Assembly: GCA_028023455.1 (NCBI GenBank)
Contig: JAQFVV010000007.1
Coordinates: 7,130,001-7,194,000, forward strand
Length of the DNA: 64,000 bases
Direction: 5' to 3'
Origin: Epiperipatus broadwayi
Taxonomy: Eukaryota; Animalia; Onychophora
Part shown: piece after piece, positions 15,125 to 27,547 of the stretch
Position numbering within the stretch: the first letter of the stretch is position 1
How the letters are laid out: each line of letters starts with the position of its first letter
Program-made: the position numbers and the translations under genes
The notes under the pieces: generated by a model
The model's input: only the letters and a program-made list of their open reading frames with translations
Told to the model about the DNA's origin: nothing
Databases searched by the model: none

Positions 15125-16120
15125 TTTTATGGCTAGTATTGTGTGTAATGTTATATGAATTTCTATTTTATTTATAATTACCAGTATGGCAGTAGGCGGT
15201 ATTTAATTTTTATATATAAATATAATGTCTTTAAAGTTTACCAACTCTATTTGAAATAATAATTGAACTCCCTTCTAGCTGCCATGTTTGATAACTTTTT
15301 ACAATAGGAAAATGAATCATTTATTATCGCTAGAGGGCAGTTCAATTATTATTCTTAATCTAGAATTGTATGGAAGGGAGTTGCAGTAGCAGGATTAACA
15401 AATGGCAATGAAGCATTATGTGTTAGTAAAGGAGTATTAGATTACTTAGAAAAAGTACAAAGGGAAGTAGGAAAACATATATATATATATATAAAAGTAA
15501 ATAGAGCATTGGGTGTGAGTTAATTTATGATAATAGCAAGGAAAGTCATTTATTGTTTAAGGCTCAAATGGCATCTTTAGAAACAAGGGAATATACACAT
15601 AAATGAAAAAAATATGAGTGATTTAGTCTGCAAGTTGTGAAAGGAAGGCATAGAAAATATTAGGCATCTGTTAATTCAATGTAAATGCTAGAAAGGAGAA
15701 AGAGTACAAATAATAAAGTTATGAAAGAATAAATATGAACAAAGTGTTTATACAGAAAGTGGGTTATTGGTTTTTATTTTGGATTTGGGAAAAGATAAAG
15801 GGGGATTTAGATATAAAGGCCATGTAGTTGTCAAAGATTATGTTGTGGAAATGGGACGAAGCAGATTATGGGAAAACAGTGTGGGGAATAGAAAGGGAAG
15901 GTAAAGCAGCTAACAAGTTTCTTTTGGCATAGTGGCTGAGAGAATCCTGAATCCATATAAAGACAAGTCACAGTGCATCACATCACATCTAGAGGGCAGT
16001 TCAATTATTATTTAAAATAGACTTGGTAAATTTCATGACATTATATGTATTCAGTGTTAAAATATTATTTATCACTATATATAAATTAAAAAATAATATA
16101 CTATTACAATACTAGCCAAA
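15125..16120. repeat. Foldback with about 150-bp arms, split by a LINE insertion
   Basis: tggctagtattg...aataattgaactcccttctag is inverted against ctagagggcagttcaattatt...caatactagcca. Confidence 0.65.
15354..15988 (+). mobile_element. Decayed LINE 3' fragment with CCHC knuckle
   Basis: SHLLFKAQMASLET...CKL*KEGIENIRHLLIQC and a short (CATCA)n tail. Flanked by a 24-bp direct repeat ctagagggcagttcaattattatt (15330-15353 and 15989-16012). Confidence 0.6.
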
Positions 16121-19100
16121 AAAGAAAAAAAAGATTATTAAAATTCTTTTACAACCATGTTTGTTTCATCTATTAAGAAAAGGTCCTTTTCAAGTGATTA
16201 TTCAACAAGCTACATAAAACATATATATATAAATACTAATAAAAAAAACCCACACAATTACTTCTCTATAAAGCTGCTTTAATAATTTAATCAGCAGACT
16301 GGTTTTCATCAGAAAGCACAGCAATATATATAACAAAATAATTCAAAAAATCTTTTCAACAGGATTAAAAAAAAGAATAAAAGAAATTGTGATAATAAAT
16401 TTTTTTGAATCAGAGGCCATTAATCTCAAAAAGACATCTTTTGATGTTGAGTGTTGTTTTTGAAGTGAATGATGGGAAGGCTATTTTGTTTTGAATATAT
16501 AAGTTGTATTATCTTAATGAATTTCACACCAAAAGGTCTATTTGTCAATAGATGAAGCTATGGTTGTGGAAGAATTTTAGTAAAATTTTGTTTGTATTGG
16601 CTAGTATTGTATGTTAAATGATTTTCTATTTTATTTATAATTATTAGTGTAACATTAGACAGTATATATATATGGGTTAACAATAATATGGAATTTCTAA
16701 CAATAAAAAATTAAAAATAATAAATAATAATTATATGGTGCTTTAACACAAATTGGTAGTTATTAAACTAATAAATAATAATATATGGCTTAGCACTTTC
16801 AGGGTATGCTAATTCCGATATTCATAGCCTTTGACATTAGTGAAACAGAATAGTGTTTTATATGCAAATCTATGCAAATCATTTACCTCGAGCATTTTTT
16901 TGAAATCGCAAAACATGTATCTCATGTAACGTGCTTCTTTTATTTTCCTTATTTGAAGTCAGTAGTATCAAAGTTGTGAGTGCAGATAATTTGACACTTG
17001 CAGATCAACCTGTAGGAAAGTCAATAATTTAAAGGTTACATATGATCCAATAGTGATAATTTATACCCTTAATAAATGAATTCACAATAGTCATTAATGT
17101 AATTAATTTAAGTAGATAATGTCAGAGTTGTAAGTACCAAAAGGTTGACACATGGAGAGTACCTTATAGTATACAAAACAGTATGAACTTTAGATCTGGG
17201 GTAGTAATGATATGATAGTCTATAGTTTAATAAACAATTAATAATAAACTTTATTGTATTTATCTGAAATGAATAGTATCAAAGTTGTGAATGCAGAACT
17301 TTTGACACTTGTAAATCAAATTGTAATAATTTGATGTTAATAAATACTGAACAAATGGTTAAAATATATGAGAGAAATTAATGGACTAACTAAAGTGAGA
17401 TTGTCCTTTTCAGGTGTTTTTATTCCTACATATTAAGAATGTGTAATATGGAAAGTTTTTAAGTATATGTAGAAAAGATATTACATTTAGAAAAAAAGAG
17501 AAATGAAATTAATCTATATGTTTATATTTAATTAAAATTTATATCTGGGATAGGGATAACCTCTAACTTAAAAGTTGTAAATCAGATTGTAAAATATAGT
17601 TGTTATGCAAATATATAAGTAATCAAAGTTTTCAACTTTGAAAGAAAAATGTCTGGGGAGAGATCTGACAGACTGTGCTTAGTTACAATCTTGCATAAAG
17701 CAAAACAGTTAGATAAGGGACAAGAGTTTCATCACTTTAGATATCTCCTAAACTTCTATAAAAATTAAATGATCTAAAAATAGTAGTACCACAGTGAAAA
17801 GATAAGCTATTTGCAGCAGCATTAAAGCATGTGTCAAGAAACAACACAGTTATTGACTCAAAATATTCTATGATGGAATCATGTCTGGATTATGAATTAC
17901 AACATGAAACGTGTTACACATATTTATCCATTATGGAGAAATGTGATGGCATTAAATTTGGTTTTAAATTGGGCAAAACTGTTATTTAAATTTTAGAAAT
18001 GATTTAAATTATATATAGCAATGAAGTCACAAGAATGTTATCAAATAGTTTGCAAGATTTTACATGGCAGGGAAAGTTTTAAAGATTATCTATGAAGGCA
18101 TGAAATACACTATCACATTTTATGTCATAACTCATCATTAGAACCTTAAAATTTTTGTGGTGATTAGTTAATCTATGTCAATATGAAATACATGGGTTGT
18201 TTCAGAGATGATATTACAAGCAACATATAGAGAGAACTTCTAGTTTCACTGGTACACATTATAAAATGTCTACTCTCACAAAATTTGTCTAAGTTAATGC
18301 TGTGCCGTACTGCTCATTCAGATAGTTAAAAATATGAATATAAGTAAAGACACTCATTGCAAAGCTGTATGTAAATGTTCAGAATTAAGATAAAAATTTG
18401 ATTTTCATTTTAAATATTGATATATGGACTGTGTAAACTTTTGTTCAATAAAACTTTTCAAAACTTGAATGTATAAAAGCTAAAGAGCTGATAATGTTAA
18501 AAATTATTATAACTGCTATTAATGGAATACATCATTATGAGGTGGTAATACATATATGTCTCTTCTTGGATTTTTGGTGATGTAGATGATCAATCAAAGA
18601 AGGACTGAGTGGTGCTTTTCACCAAAAACACACTACATTTTTTGGATATGTATACCTCATGATTTTAGAAACTACTTACACTACTCCAGGCTGATTATTG
18701 AAACTTTCTATTAGAGTGACTAATTGTTCTTAAAAAGTTATACCAACTATAATGCTAGGATGAATGATGTTCACAGCTTATATAAAACTGATGTGACTAA
18801 AATTTGTAATTCCTGGCATAATGTCATATCTATGTAACAACACAAAAGTATGATTTGGATTCAAACTTGGGTCATTAGCTTGAAAGAATAAAAGAGTTGA
18901 AGATAGTTGCTGAACATCCATCATGTCTGAAGTTTTGAATGAAAAAGACCATATACAGAATCTAATCTAAAGATATGGATGTCATAGCATTATCAACATG
19001 TCATTAGTTATTCAATCTTACAATAGATAGCTCTGAAATAGAATAAATAAAACTAAATTATTGATACTAAAAGTACAGTAACAGCATGTTATTAGATTGT

Positions 19101-19593
19101 CTATGAATCTAACTTGATATCTCTTATGGTCAGAATGTTTTGATAAGCCAATGAAAGATTAATGATATTATGATGTATCTCAAATTATCAGTACTTATGC
19201 TTTATAATTAGGTTGAAATAATTTTAAAAAAGGAAAGCTATTATTATTTATAGGATAATACCATGACTTTTAATCTCAAACTTTAATATATGTGTTGATA
19301 TGAATAATAATGCATTGTAGCTGAAAGATATTGATATGGTAGGAATGAGGAAATTTTGAATGATTTTTAGTTATTAAATTTTTGCATGTCATGTGGAATG
19401 AATATCACAAACACTTTATTTACTCAAGAAAGTAGCTATAAATCTATTTAGATACATTGGCGATGATAAAATATTTTGTGGGTTGTATTATAGTTAGAAG
19501 TCAGAAGACAAAAGAAGTAAATATTACAAATCAATTAGTGATGCAAATTTTTGGATAAAACATAGATCAATATGCTTAAAGATTCAAATAATA

Positions 19594-19697
19594 GTCAAGC
19601 ATTGGTGGCTGAGTGGTCAGTGCACAGCTGCCTTACAAGCAAGTGCCCTAGGTTTGCAGGTTTGCTTCCCAGCAGATGCTTTGACACATGAAAAAAA
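19594..19697 (+). mobile_element. tRNA-derived SINE (family D) with poly(A) and TSD
   Basis: A-box tggctgagtgg, degenerate B-box ggtttgcttccc and an A-tail. 16-bp TSD aaagattcaaataata (19578-19593 and 19698-19713). Confidence 0.8.
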
Positions 19698-20717
19698 AAA
19701 GATTCAAATAATAATTACATTAAAAATTAAATGATAATTGAAATATATTGATAAATAAAATGACATTTATTCTCTAGTAGTCACAGTTATTTGTCCTTTC
19801 AATACATGTTTTTTAAACACTAAAACGGCACATTTGAATTTTTAATTTTAACTTGTTAATGAGAATATAAAATTCTTTTAAGAAACATTATGAAAGTGTG
19901 AAAATATTTGTGTTCAAAAAAAAAAAAAGACTGATTTTGTGACAATACTCTTTATTGGCAAATTTTTCTATTCTTACCACTTTTATGCCATCTAGTGTAA
20001 GCTTTAGTAATCAATAGATAACAAACGATAATGCTTAACAAATTCTGATTATGTGTTGTTTTATCCAAATATTCCTAGATTAGTTTCTATATTATGGTTT
20101 TCATCAGTAAGGAGTTTTATGGATTTTTGAACAAAATACTTGCCTTTTTGGGATCTAATGGCTATTTTTTTTTTTTTTTGCAAAGTTGTATCCTTTAATT
20201 AACATTAGATAGCATAAAAGTAGTAAGAATAGAAGATGCTAATGAATAGCCAATAGCAATGTGTAAACTGGTGTCATGTGATATTGCTTTAGTACTGTGA
20301 TCTTCGTTTAATTGAATAATAAAATAAATTAGAGATTTTAAAAGCTGAAGGTCAACTAGTGACAATGTATTTATAAATGATTAGTGGATTAAACTGCAAA
20401 AGATACACCAACTTTTTTATTGTAATCACTTTAAATATTTTTTGAAGTGGTGAAATTAACATATTAGCTTGATAATCTTTTACAAAATATTACACTCCTT
20501 CAAACAATTGAATAAAGACATTAAAAGAAGGCAAATATTGCCTATGATATATTTCTGTGGAACCAGCCTCATTAGTTGATCCAGCTCACTAAATATTTTA
20601 TCATGATTCATTCAATTGTCACATTTTATATAACATAATCTGTAAATGTGTGACTATTGACACAATTATGAATTAATGACATTTAATTAAATATATCACT
20701 GTTATTAATAATTATCA

Positions 20718-21296
20718 AACCACTAAACATCACATGCTCATTATTTCTTATGCTTGCTCATAAGTGCTATTAAAACAGGCAAAAATATCCATATAGTAGT
20801 GCCATTCAATGCAAGCACTATTGTATGAAGAATTTTGCCTGTTTTAATTCTCATAAGAAATGATGATCATGTGATGTTTAAATGGTTTAATACCAATTCT
20901 GCCTACTAGGACAGTGGTGGCTATGGTTATTAAAGAACCAAAGTCACCAAAATGTATGGGTAAATGAACTGAGTTCAGACCTATATGAATATATAAGCTA
21001 ATGAGCTTGAATTTAAAATATTAATGTGTTTTCAATTTTATTTTCATAGTTTTGTAGTAAATTAGAGATAAAATGTGACTCTTGGAAGGTTGCATTAGAT
21101 CCTAAGATCTAGGTGCAGTGTTCTCAGATCCAAGGCTCCTCACTGACAAAAACCACAAGCTAAAACCTAGACTGGGGATATTGGATGAGTAGGCACTAGA
21201 TAGGAATTTTATGCACAAGCCTTCTGGAATCCACTGATTACTCTGACTTGCATTGAGTGGCACTACTGTATGGAGAGTTTTGCCTGTTTGAATAAT
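20718..21296. mobile_element. Family A: 3'-end hairpin (20718-20889) followed by a near full-length sense copy (about 20895-21296)
   Basis: aaaccactaaacatcacatg...catgtgatgtttaaatggttt palindrome; the sense copy has a degenerate HHR at 21139-21176. Confidence 0.75.
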
Positions 21297-21546
21297 TATT
21301 AGTTAAGACTGAAGATTATCATATCGATTGTAAGTGCTAAATATAGATTTTAAACTCAGTTAAAAGTTAATATATCTATTATTACAAACTCCATTCATCT
21401 GTAGCAGTATTAATGCTTCTTTTTTCATGCATCCCATAATAGATTATATATTACAGTAAATTCAAAAATTACTTTGTATTTTATTGTATACAGTTAAAAA
21501 TGAGATTGTATCTCTCCTGTGATACAATACCTAATATATTTGTACT

Positions 21547-21820
21547 ATTTAATTGATAAAATTATAACTCAGGCACCAATAGATTGAAGCCCTGATTTAA
21601 GCATGGGAAGAAAAGACTGATTTATATAGAAAATAAACTCCAAGCATAAGCACCCACTTATGCTTTTAAAGTTGATGCTTATGGGAGAGTGCTACGAGAT
21701 TTTTAAAGTGCATGCTATATTTTTAAAGTGCATGATATATATATAGTGCATATATATTTCATATATATGCACTATATAAACAATAGATTATATATATAAA
21801 TGATGATGATGATGACGATG

Positions 21821-21881
<61 letters not shown>

Positions 21882-21941
21882 GAAGAAGAAGAAGAAGAAG
21901 AAGAAAAAGAAGAAGAAGAAGAAGAAGATGAAGAAGAAGAA

Positions 21942-21988
<47 letters not shown>

Positions 21989-22025
21989 AGAGGAGGAGGA
22001 GGAGGAGGAGGAGGAGGAAGAAGAA

Positions 22026-22063
<38 letters not shown>

Positions 22064-22445
22064 GGAGGAGGAGGAGGAGGAGGAGGAGGAGGAGGAGGAG
22101 GAGGAGGAGGAGGAGGAGGAGGAGGAGGAGGAGGAGGAGGAGGAGGAGGAGGAAGAAGAAGAAGAAGAAGAAGAAGAAGAAGAAGAAGAAGAAGAAGAAG
22201 AAGAAGAAGAAGAAGAAGAAGAAGAAGAAGAAGAAGAAGAAGATGAAGAAGAAGAAGAAGAAGTAAGATCTTTAAACATGCACTTTAAAGATCTCTGTGC
22301 ACTCTACCCATAAGCATCAACTTTAAAAGCATTAAGTGTATGTTTATCCTTGGAGTTTATTTTCTATATAAACCAGTCTTTGCTTACATGGCTTAAATCA
22401 GGGTTTCAATCTATTGGGTGCCTGAGTTATAAGTTATCAATTAAA
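21547..22445. mobile_element. Foldback/MITE-like element with about 185-bp inverted arms enclosing a microsatellite
   Basis: About 21547-21735 is the reverse complement of about 22265-22445 (caggcacc-aatagattgaa-ccctgatttaagc...gttgatgcttatggg). Confidence 0.8.
21800..22263 (+). repeat. Compound trinucleotide microsatellite (ATG)n(ATA)n(GAA)n(GAG)n(GAA)n
   Basis: Directly visible; it produces the spurious poly-S/K/R ORFs. Confidence 0.98.
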
Positions 22446-22712
22446 TTATATAAACCTATTATGTCTATTACAGAAGAGAACCATCTGCAGTGAATACTAA
22501 ATATATACAGCACATATATCAGCCGAAAACTTATCTGTCATATGATTTTTTAAATTGTTGTTAACCTTTATGGGTAAAAGATGAATTCCCATAAAAGTTG
22601 CCTTGATAATGTATCATAGATTCTATGGTTTGTTAAACTTTGGCTATTTAATTAGAAACCATTTAACTATTGATAATTTAAGGTTTAATATATATATATA
22701 TATATAATCATT

Positions 22713-22985
22713 AGAAACCAGTCAATACTTAGAAAATGCCAATATAGATAACAATCAATCATCTCAAACTGTTGTCACAGCACTGCCTTTTAGCAATAAA
22801 AATGTTAAAAGGAGGTTACCTTGACAACAGATTGAGATTGTTGATTGTTATCTATATTGGGATTGTCTAAGTGTTGACTTGTTTCTAATGGTTACTTATA
22901 AAACCATTTAGCCTTGGACATTATTAGAAATATTATTTAAGTAATACATTGAGTACAATTTGAATATATATTGAACAATTTTAAC
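22713..22985. repeat. Family F inverted pair; direct copies at about 8840-8915 and 9090-9245
   Basis: Shared aaccagtcaacacttagacaatcccaatatagataacaatcaacaat. Confidence 0.7.
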
Positions 22986-23924
22986 TAAATAATAATCTTT
23001 GTTCAAATAAATGATCTGAATGAAATGATAGAGTTATATCAGCAGAAAGCTTCTTGGGTATGATATTGGCTCTTGAATGATAGCTCCTTACTCATTTTTT
23101 TTTTTGAAGGACAGTAATATTCCGAAGACTGTAACATGTATAATAAAATTGTGCATTTGTGACAAAAAAGAGAAAGTTAAAATAGTGCCATGTGTGAACA
23201 GTGTTTATATTGATTTTTAGCTGAGTTTAAAATTTATATCTAAACTAATATTAATATAACAATCTCTAGCCTCACAGATAGTTATAAATAAAAAAACAAT
23301 CAAATGATATTATAGCTCAGGAGTTTATAAGAAGATCACGAAGAACTGGATTGATGAGGACCTTAGACTTTAGGGTCTGACATTCTATTACTATATTAAA
23401 CCAACTAGGAATAAATAGTTGTGAATAAATTAACATATTTATCAAGAAACTGCAAATCATCATTAACATTGTACAAAAGATGTACATTTGTAAATTAAGT
23501 CAGACTATTATCATACAGTTTTGTAGAATAATAACAGTAAGGGATTATATTTTATATATTTATCATAAGATTTTAAATTAATTGAGAAGTGTTTTGACTA
23601 TTTTTTGAAAATGATATAGAACTATAGATGATTATATTTAATAATATATGTATTATATCAATTCATTATGGATGTGGATAAAAAAAATTCAATTTAATGA
23701 GATTATAGCAATTCTTTGTTATCTCAACAATAAAAAGACTAGATCCTGATGAATTCTGGGAAGCTTCAAAACAATAATTATATATTTGTGAAAAATGTTT
23801 GATTTTTTTAGAAATGTATAATTCCTCAAAGATGATAGTTCTGATCTCCATTGTTTCACTTTTAACAATAAGAGAGAGAAAAATGATTTAAATGTCAAAT
23901 GTAACAATCTACAGTGAAAAAAAT

Positions 23925-24183
23925 ACTTACACAGAGGCAAAACTCTCCATACAGTAGTGTCACTCAATGCAACCCAGAGTTATCAATGGATGCAGGAAGG
24001 TTTGTGTATAAAATCCCTATCTAGTGCCTTACTCATCCTATATCCCAGACTAGTTTCTAGCTTGATTCCATTGGTTACTCCACTTGCATTTAGTGGTGCT
24101 ACTATAAGAAGAGTTTTGCCTCTGTGTAAACAGCTTGTGTAAGCATAAATAATGGTGATCATATGATGTTCAGTGGTCTAATA
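23925..24183. mobile_element. Family A inverted dimer
   Basis: Antisense arm is truncated inside the HHR (cccagactagtttctagcttg, 24044-24064). The sense arm ends gatcatatgatgttcagtggtct. Confidence 0.7.
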
Positions 24184-26944
24184 AAAATAATGGTTTACGG
24201 ATATAGATAAAATTTTTTATCAGAGATTCAATAGGGTATTAATAAATTGAGAAACAGTGCAAACATGGTTGGGGAAATAGGAGATTGCAAAACAAAAGCT
24301 GTCATGAGCAGAAATATGGTTAATATATTGGTTTTATTGATTTTGTCCAATAAAATATTTAATAGTGATACATAAAAACAAGTAATTAATCAATACCAGA
24401 ATGTTTTTAAAATGCACCTCAAACTATAAAAAAACCAGAAACCATATGGTTTATTGCTCAAAAATATATAAAAAGTTCAAGAATTGAAAATTACGAGTAG
24501 ATCCATATGCACAAAGTTTGAGATATCTTCCATTTTATCAATGCACAAAATCTTACAACACAGAATATCATCAATAGAAACACATTTTGCATTATGTAAA
24601 TCCAACAGTTATCTTCTTTTCTTATTAAAGTACTCAAGTGAGAAACTAATATAGATATCAGTTTGGTATATCCATCTGAAAAAATATTAATTCTTCAATT
24701 GAGAATTCCTGAATAACATGAGATGCGGTGGCTAGATATTGTGGTCAAATGTTAATGAAATGCAAGCAATACATATTATTAAATATATAATTTCAAAAAC
24801 AACTTTTTCATCCATTATTGATACACTACAGAATGAGATTCCAAATTTAACCAGTTTTTCTGATCTCTAATTTCTCTACTAGAAAACAGTCTTATTTAAT
24901 CTATCCACCTTCACACTGTGATGGTGACTGATGATGATCAAACCATCATCACAAGTTTAGGTCAATTAACCCTGTATTCAAGTGTTAGTCGATTCAAAAT
25001 GTAAAAGTATAAATATAATTTAAAAACCAAAAGGGAAGTTTGTGGGCAATATGTATACACACATATTTATATTATCAGATAGGTAGTAAAATATTTGCAT
25101 GTTGCAATTTTAGTTGCATTATATTAATTTTTGGTAATAAATTTTCTTTAATGTATATTACATTTTTTGGTAATAGTTAGTTTTAATTAAATTTATAGAC
25201 AAAGCAAACTCTCCATACAGTATCATGTGATGTTAAATTTATAGATAAAGAAAAAAAAATATTAAGATTTCATTCATTCTCTTTGGTGTAAATATTTTGC
25301 AGAAAATTTTTAACAGTGTTTAATACATTGGTAGATAATTAGATACATTGTGATAAACATTCTTGGTAAGAATTTATCTCTTTGATATAATTTTTTTTAA
25401 TTATTCCTTTTTAAATGTACCTAGAGATTGTATCAAGATTTAATATGTAAAGTGTTGATAAAATTTTTGAAATTTCTCTTTTGTAAAAATAAATAGACTG
25501 ATTTGAACTTTCGCAGAAAAATAAATTAATTGAAGTCAAAGATAAAATATTATAAGATTTTATTCTTTTTTGGTGTATTGTATAAAAAAAGAGAGGATTT
25601 TGCTTTGAGAGTGAGTCAGCAATCCAAGAGCAGTGAAGGGTCATCAGACACCAGTCAGAGTCAGCAGGGCTATCAGTCCAAAATCAAAGATCAGGGCAAG
25701 GAGAAAGTGAGACAACAGAGTCAGTGATTGGGATAATTATATTGCAGAAACAGAAAAAAAAAGTAGAACTGTTGGAATCTGTTTTTGAAAGACTTAACAA
25801 AAAATGTTAATGTAGCCAGAATAGTTAAGTAAATTAAACAAAATGGAATAAAAGTTCAAGTGCACCAGATCTAATCCTCAAATAATCACCATGTGATCTA
25901 TACCATTATTCTGAAATCCTAATCAAAATGACCTTTTCTCCCAGTTTGTTACCACACATTTGAACAGAGCTTTGTAAGTGGGAGCAAGTCAAAATAGTTT
26001 TTTTTTTTTAGCTAAGAATAGAAGAAAGTGGTTATCACAGAAGCCAGCATTATATACTGTCTAGTATGACTAATTATTGAAGATGAGTCTTTTAAATATT
26101 CAGAGAGAGCAGAAATAAAATGTGCACAACCCGCCTTTGGCATAAGTAAGAACAGAACATTTATTATTATTATTTTTTTCTCATGTTTATTTTTCTTATT
26201 AGAAATACATCAATTTAAGAAAGTAATATCTAAATTAATCTATACATATATATGCATATAGAATTAATTTAAATGTATCTAATCTATCTTGCTGATATTA
26301 TTTTTTGTGTAATGCCATTGATAAACATGGGCATTATATATTATTTGCTTATTTAATATGTGTCTGTATTTATTTATATGCCCATAATCTACTGTATTAA
26401 TTTATACAGTAAGAAACTATTAGAAGGGAGGGATGTTTTCTTATTGTCAAGTAATGAATTATAAATCAGATTTTCTTTTTTGTGTGTGTGTTATCTTTAT
26501 TATTATTATTTTTTGTTTGTTTATCTTTTCAATATTTCTAATTAAGATAAATAAGTTTTTTTGTTGTATTTAATAAAAAAAATGGTGTTCAGTGTTTTAA
26601 TCACCTCATCCTATAGTCAATATAAATAATATAGTGATAGAGCTAACATATGGAATAACCTGTAAAAGAATGTTGGGTATAAGAGTCTTGTAGAGAATCT
26701 TTCTATGAAAATAAGATTAAAGTTTTTGGGCCTTATAAAATGCTTTACTTTGGCTATGCTTGGCTGACCCTGGTGTAGATGGTTATCCAAATAAGGTGAT
26801 TATAAATATAACTGATGCCTGTCAGTTTAGTCCTCTTTTTAACAATAATAATTAGTGAAATAAGTTTTGCTCTGTCTTATGTTCTAGTTGAGTTACAGGG
26901 TTTGAACTCAGTAGTGATGGGTAGGGTAGTTCCCATTACAACAT

Positions 26945-27335
26945 AGTCTCTTTCTAGATCTTTTATAAACTCTTGAGATCCAGTTTAAGACTTCAATTGT
27001 CTAGCCATTATTATTTCATCTAGAAATCCATCCAGCCTAGTTCCACTTTGGTCTTATAATTCTTTCAATGATATCAGTAACACCCACCTGTTCTCTCACC
27101 CATGTATTTCATTTTCTATTCTTTCTTATTACCCCTAACATAAATGTCACCATTCTTCATTGGGATATCAAAAATCTCTGTATTGCTTTTCAGTTAAGTG
27201 TCCAAGACTCTGATCCATAGTAAAAACAAATAAAACAATCTATTAAAAATCTTCCTATTCAAACACATAAACATATTTTCTTTTAAGATTAAGATGTTTC
27301 TACCAAAAGCACTACATATAATTTATGGTACATAA
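26945..27335 (-). mobile_element. Decayed RTE fragment, same family as 33536-34170, uninverted
   Basis: Minus strand has YGSESWTL followed colinearly by MLGV...WVREQVGVTDIIE. Confidence 0.75.
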
Positions 27336-27455
27336 AAAAATTAATTAGCATTTTATTGATATTCTCATTTTTTTATTTGTTTATTTAATATAAATTTTGA
27401 AAGCAATTTCAAACAAACAAAAAAATCTAAACACAATTTCCACCCAAACTTTACA

Positions 27456-27547
27456 TTTTTCTCCCCATGTGTCATAGCATTAGCCGGGAAGCGAACCCGC
27501 TAACAGGGGACAACTACTTGTAAAGCGGCGGTCACTGACCTCTCGAC
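27456..27547 (-). mobile_element. tRNA-derived SINE (family D), second copy
   Basis: Minus strand gaggtcagtgaccgccgctttacaag...gggttcgcttcccgg...tgacacatg aligns with 19594-19697; B-box better preserved. Confidence 0.75.

Noticed and set aside
18330-19060. Possible decayed Harbinger-like transposase (ITAINGIH resembling IGAIDGTH)
   Set aside because: One degenerate motif only; the other catalytic motifs were not recoverable.
21788-22279. Poly-S and poly-K/R ORFs of 163 and 112 aa
   Set aside because: Translation artefacts of the triplet microsatellite.
23345-23385. UUGAUGA-stem-GACA hammerhead-like hairpin
   Set aside because: Two core mismatches, no stem I/III and single copy.
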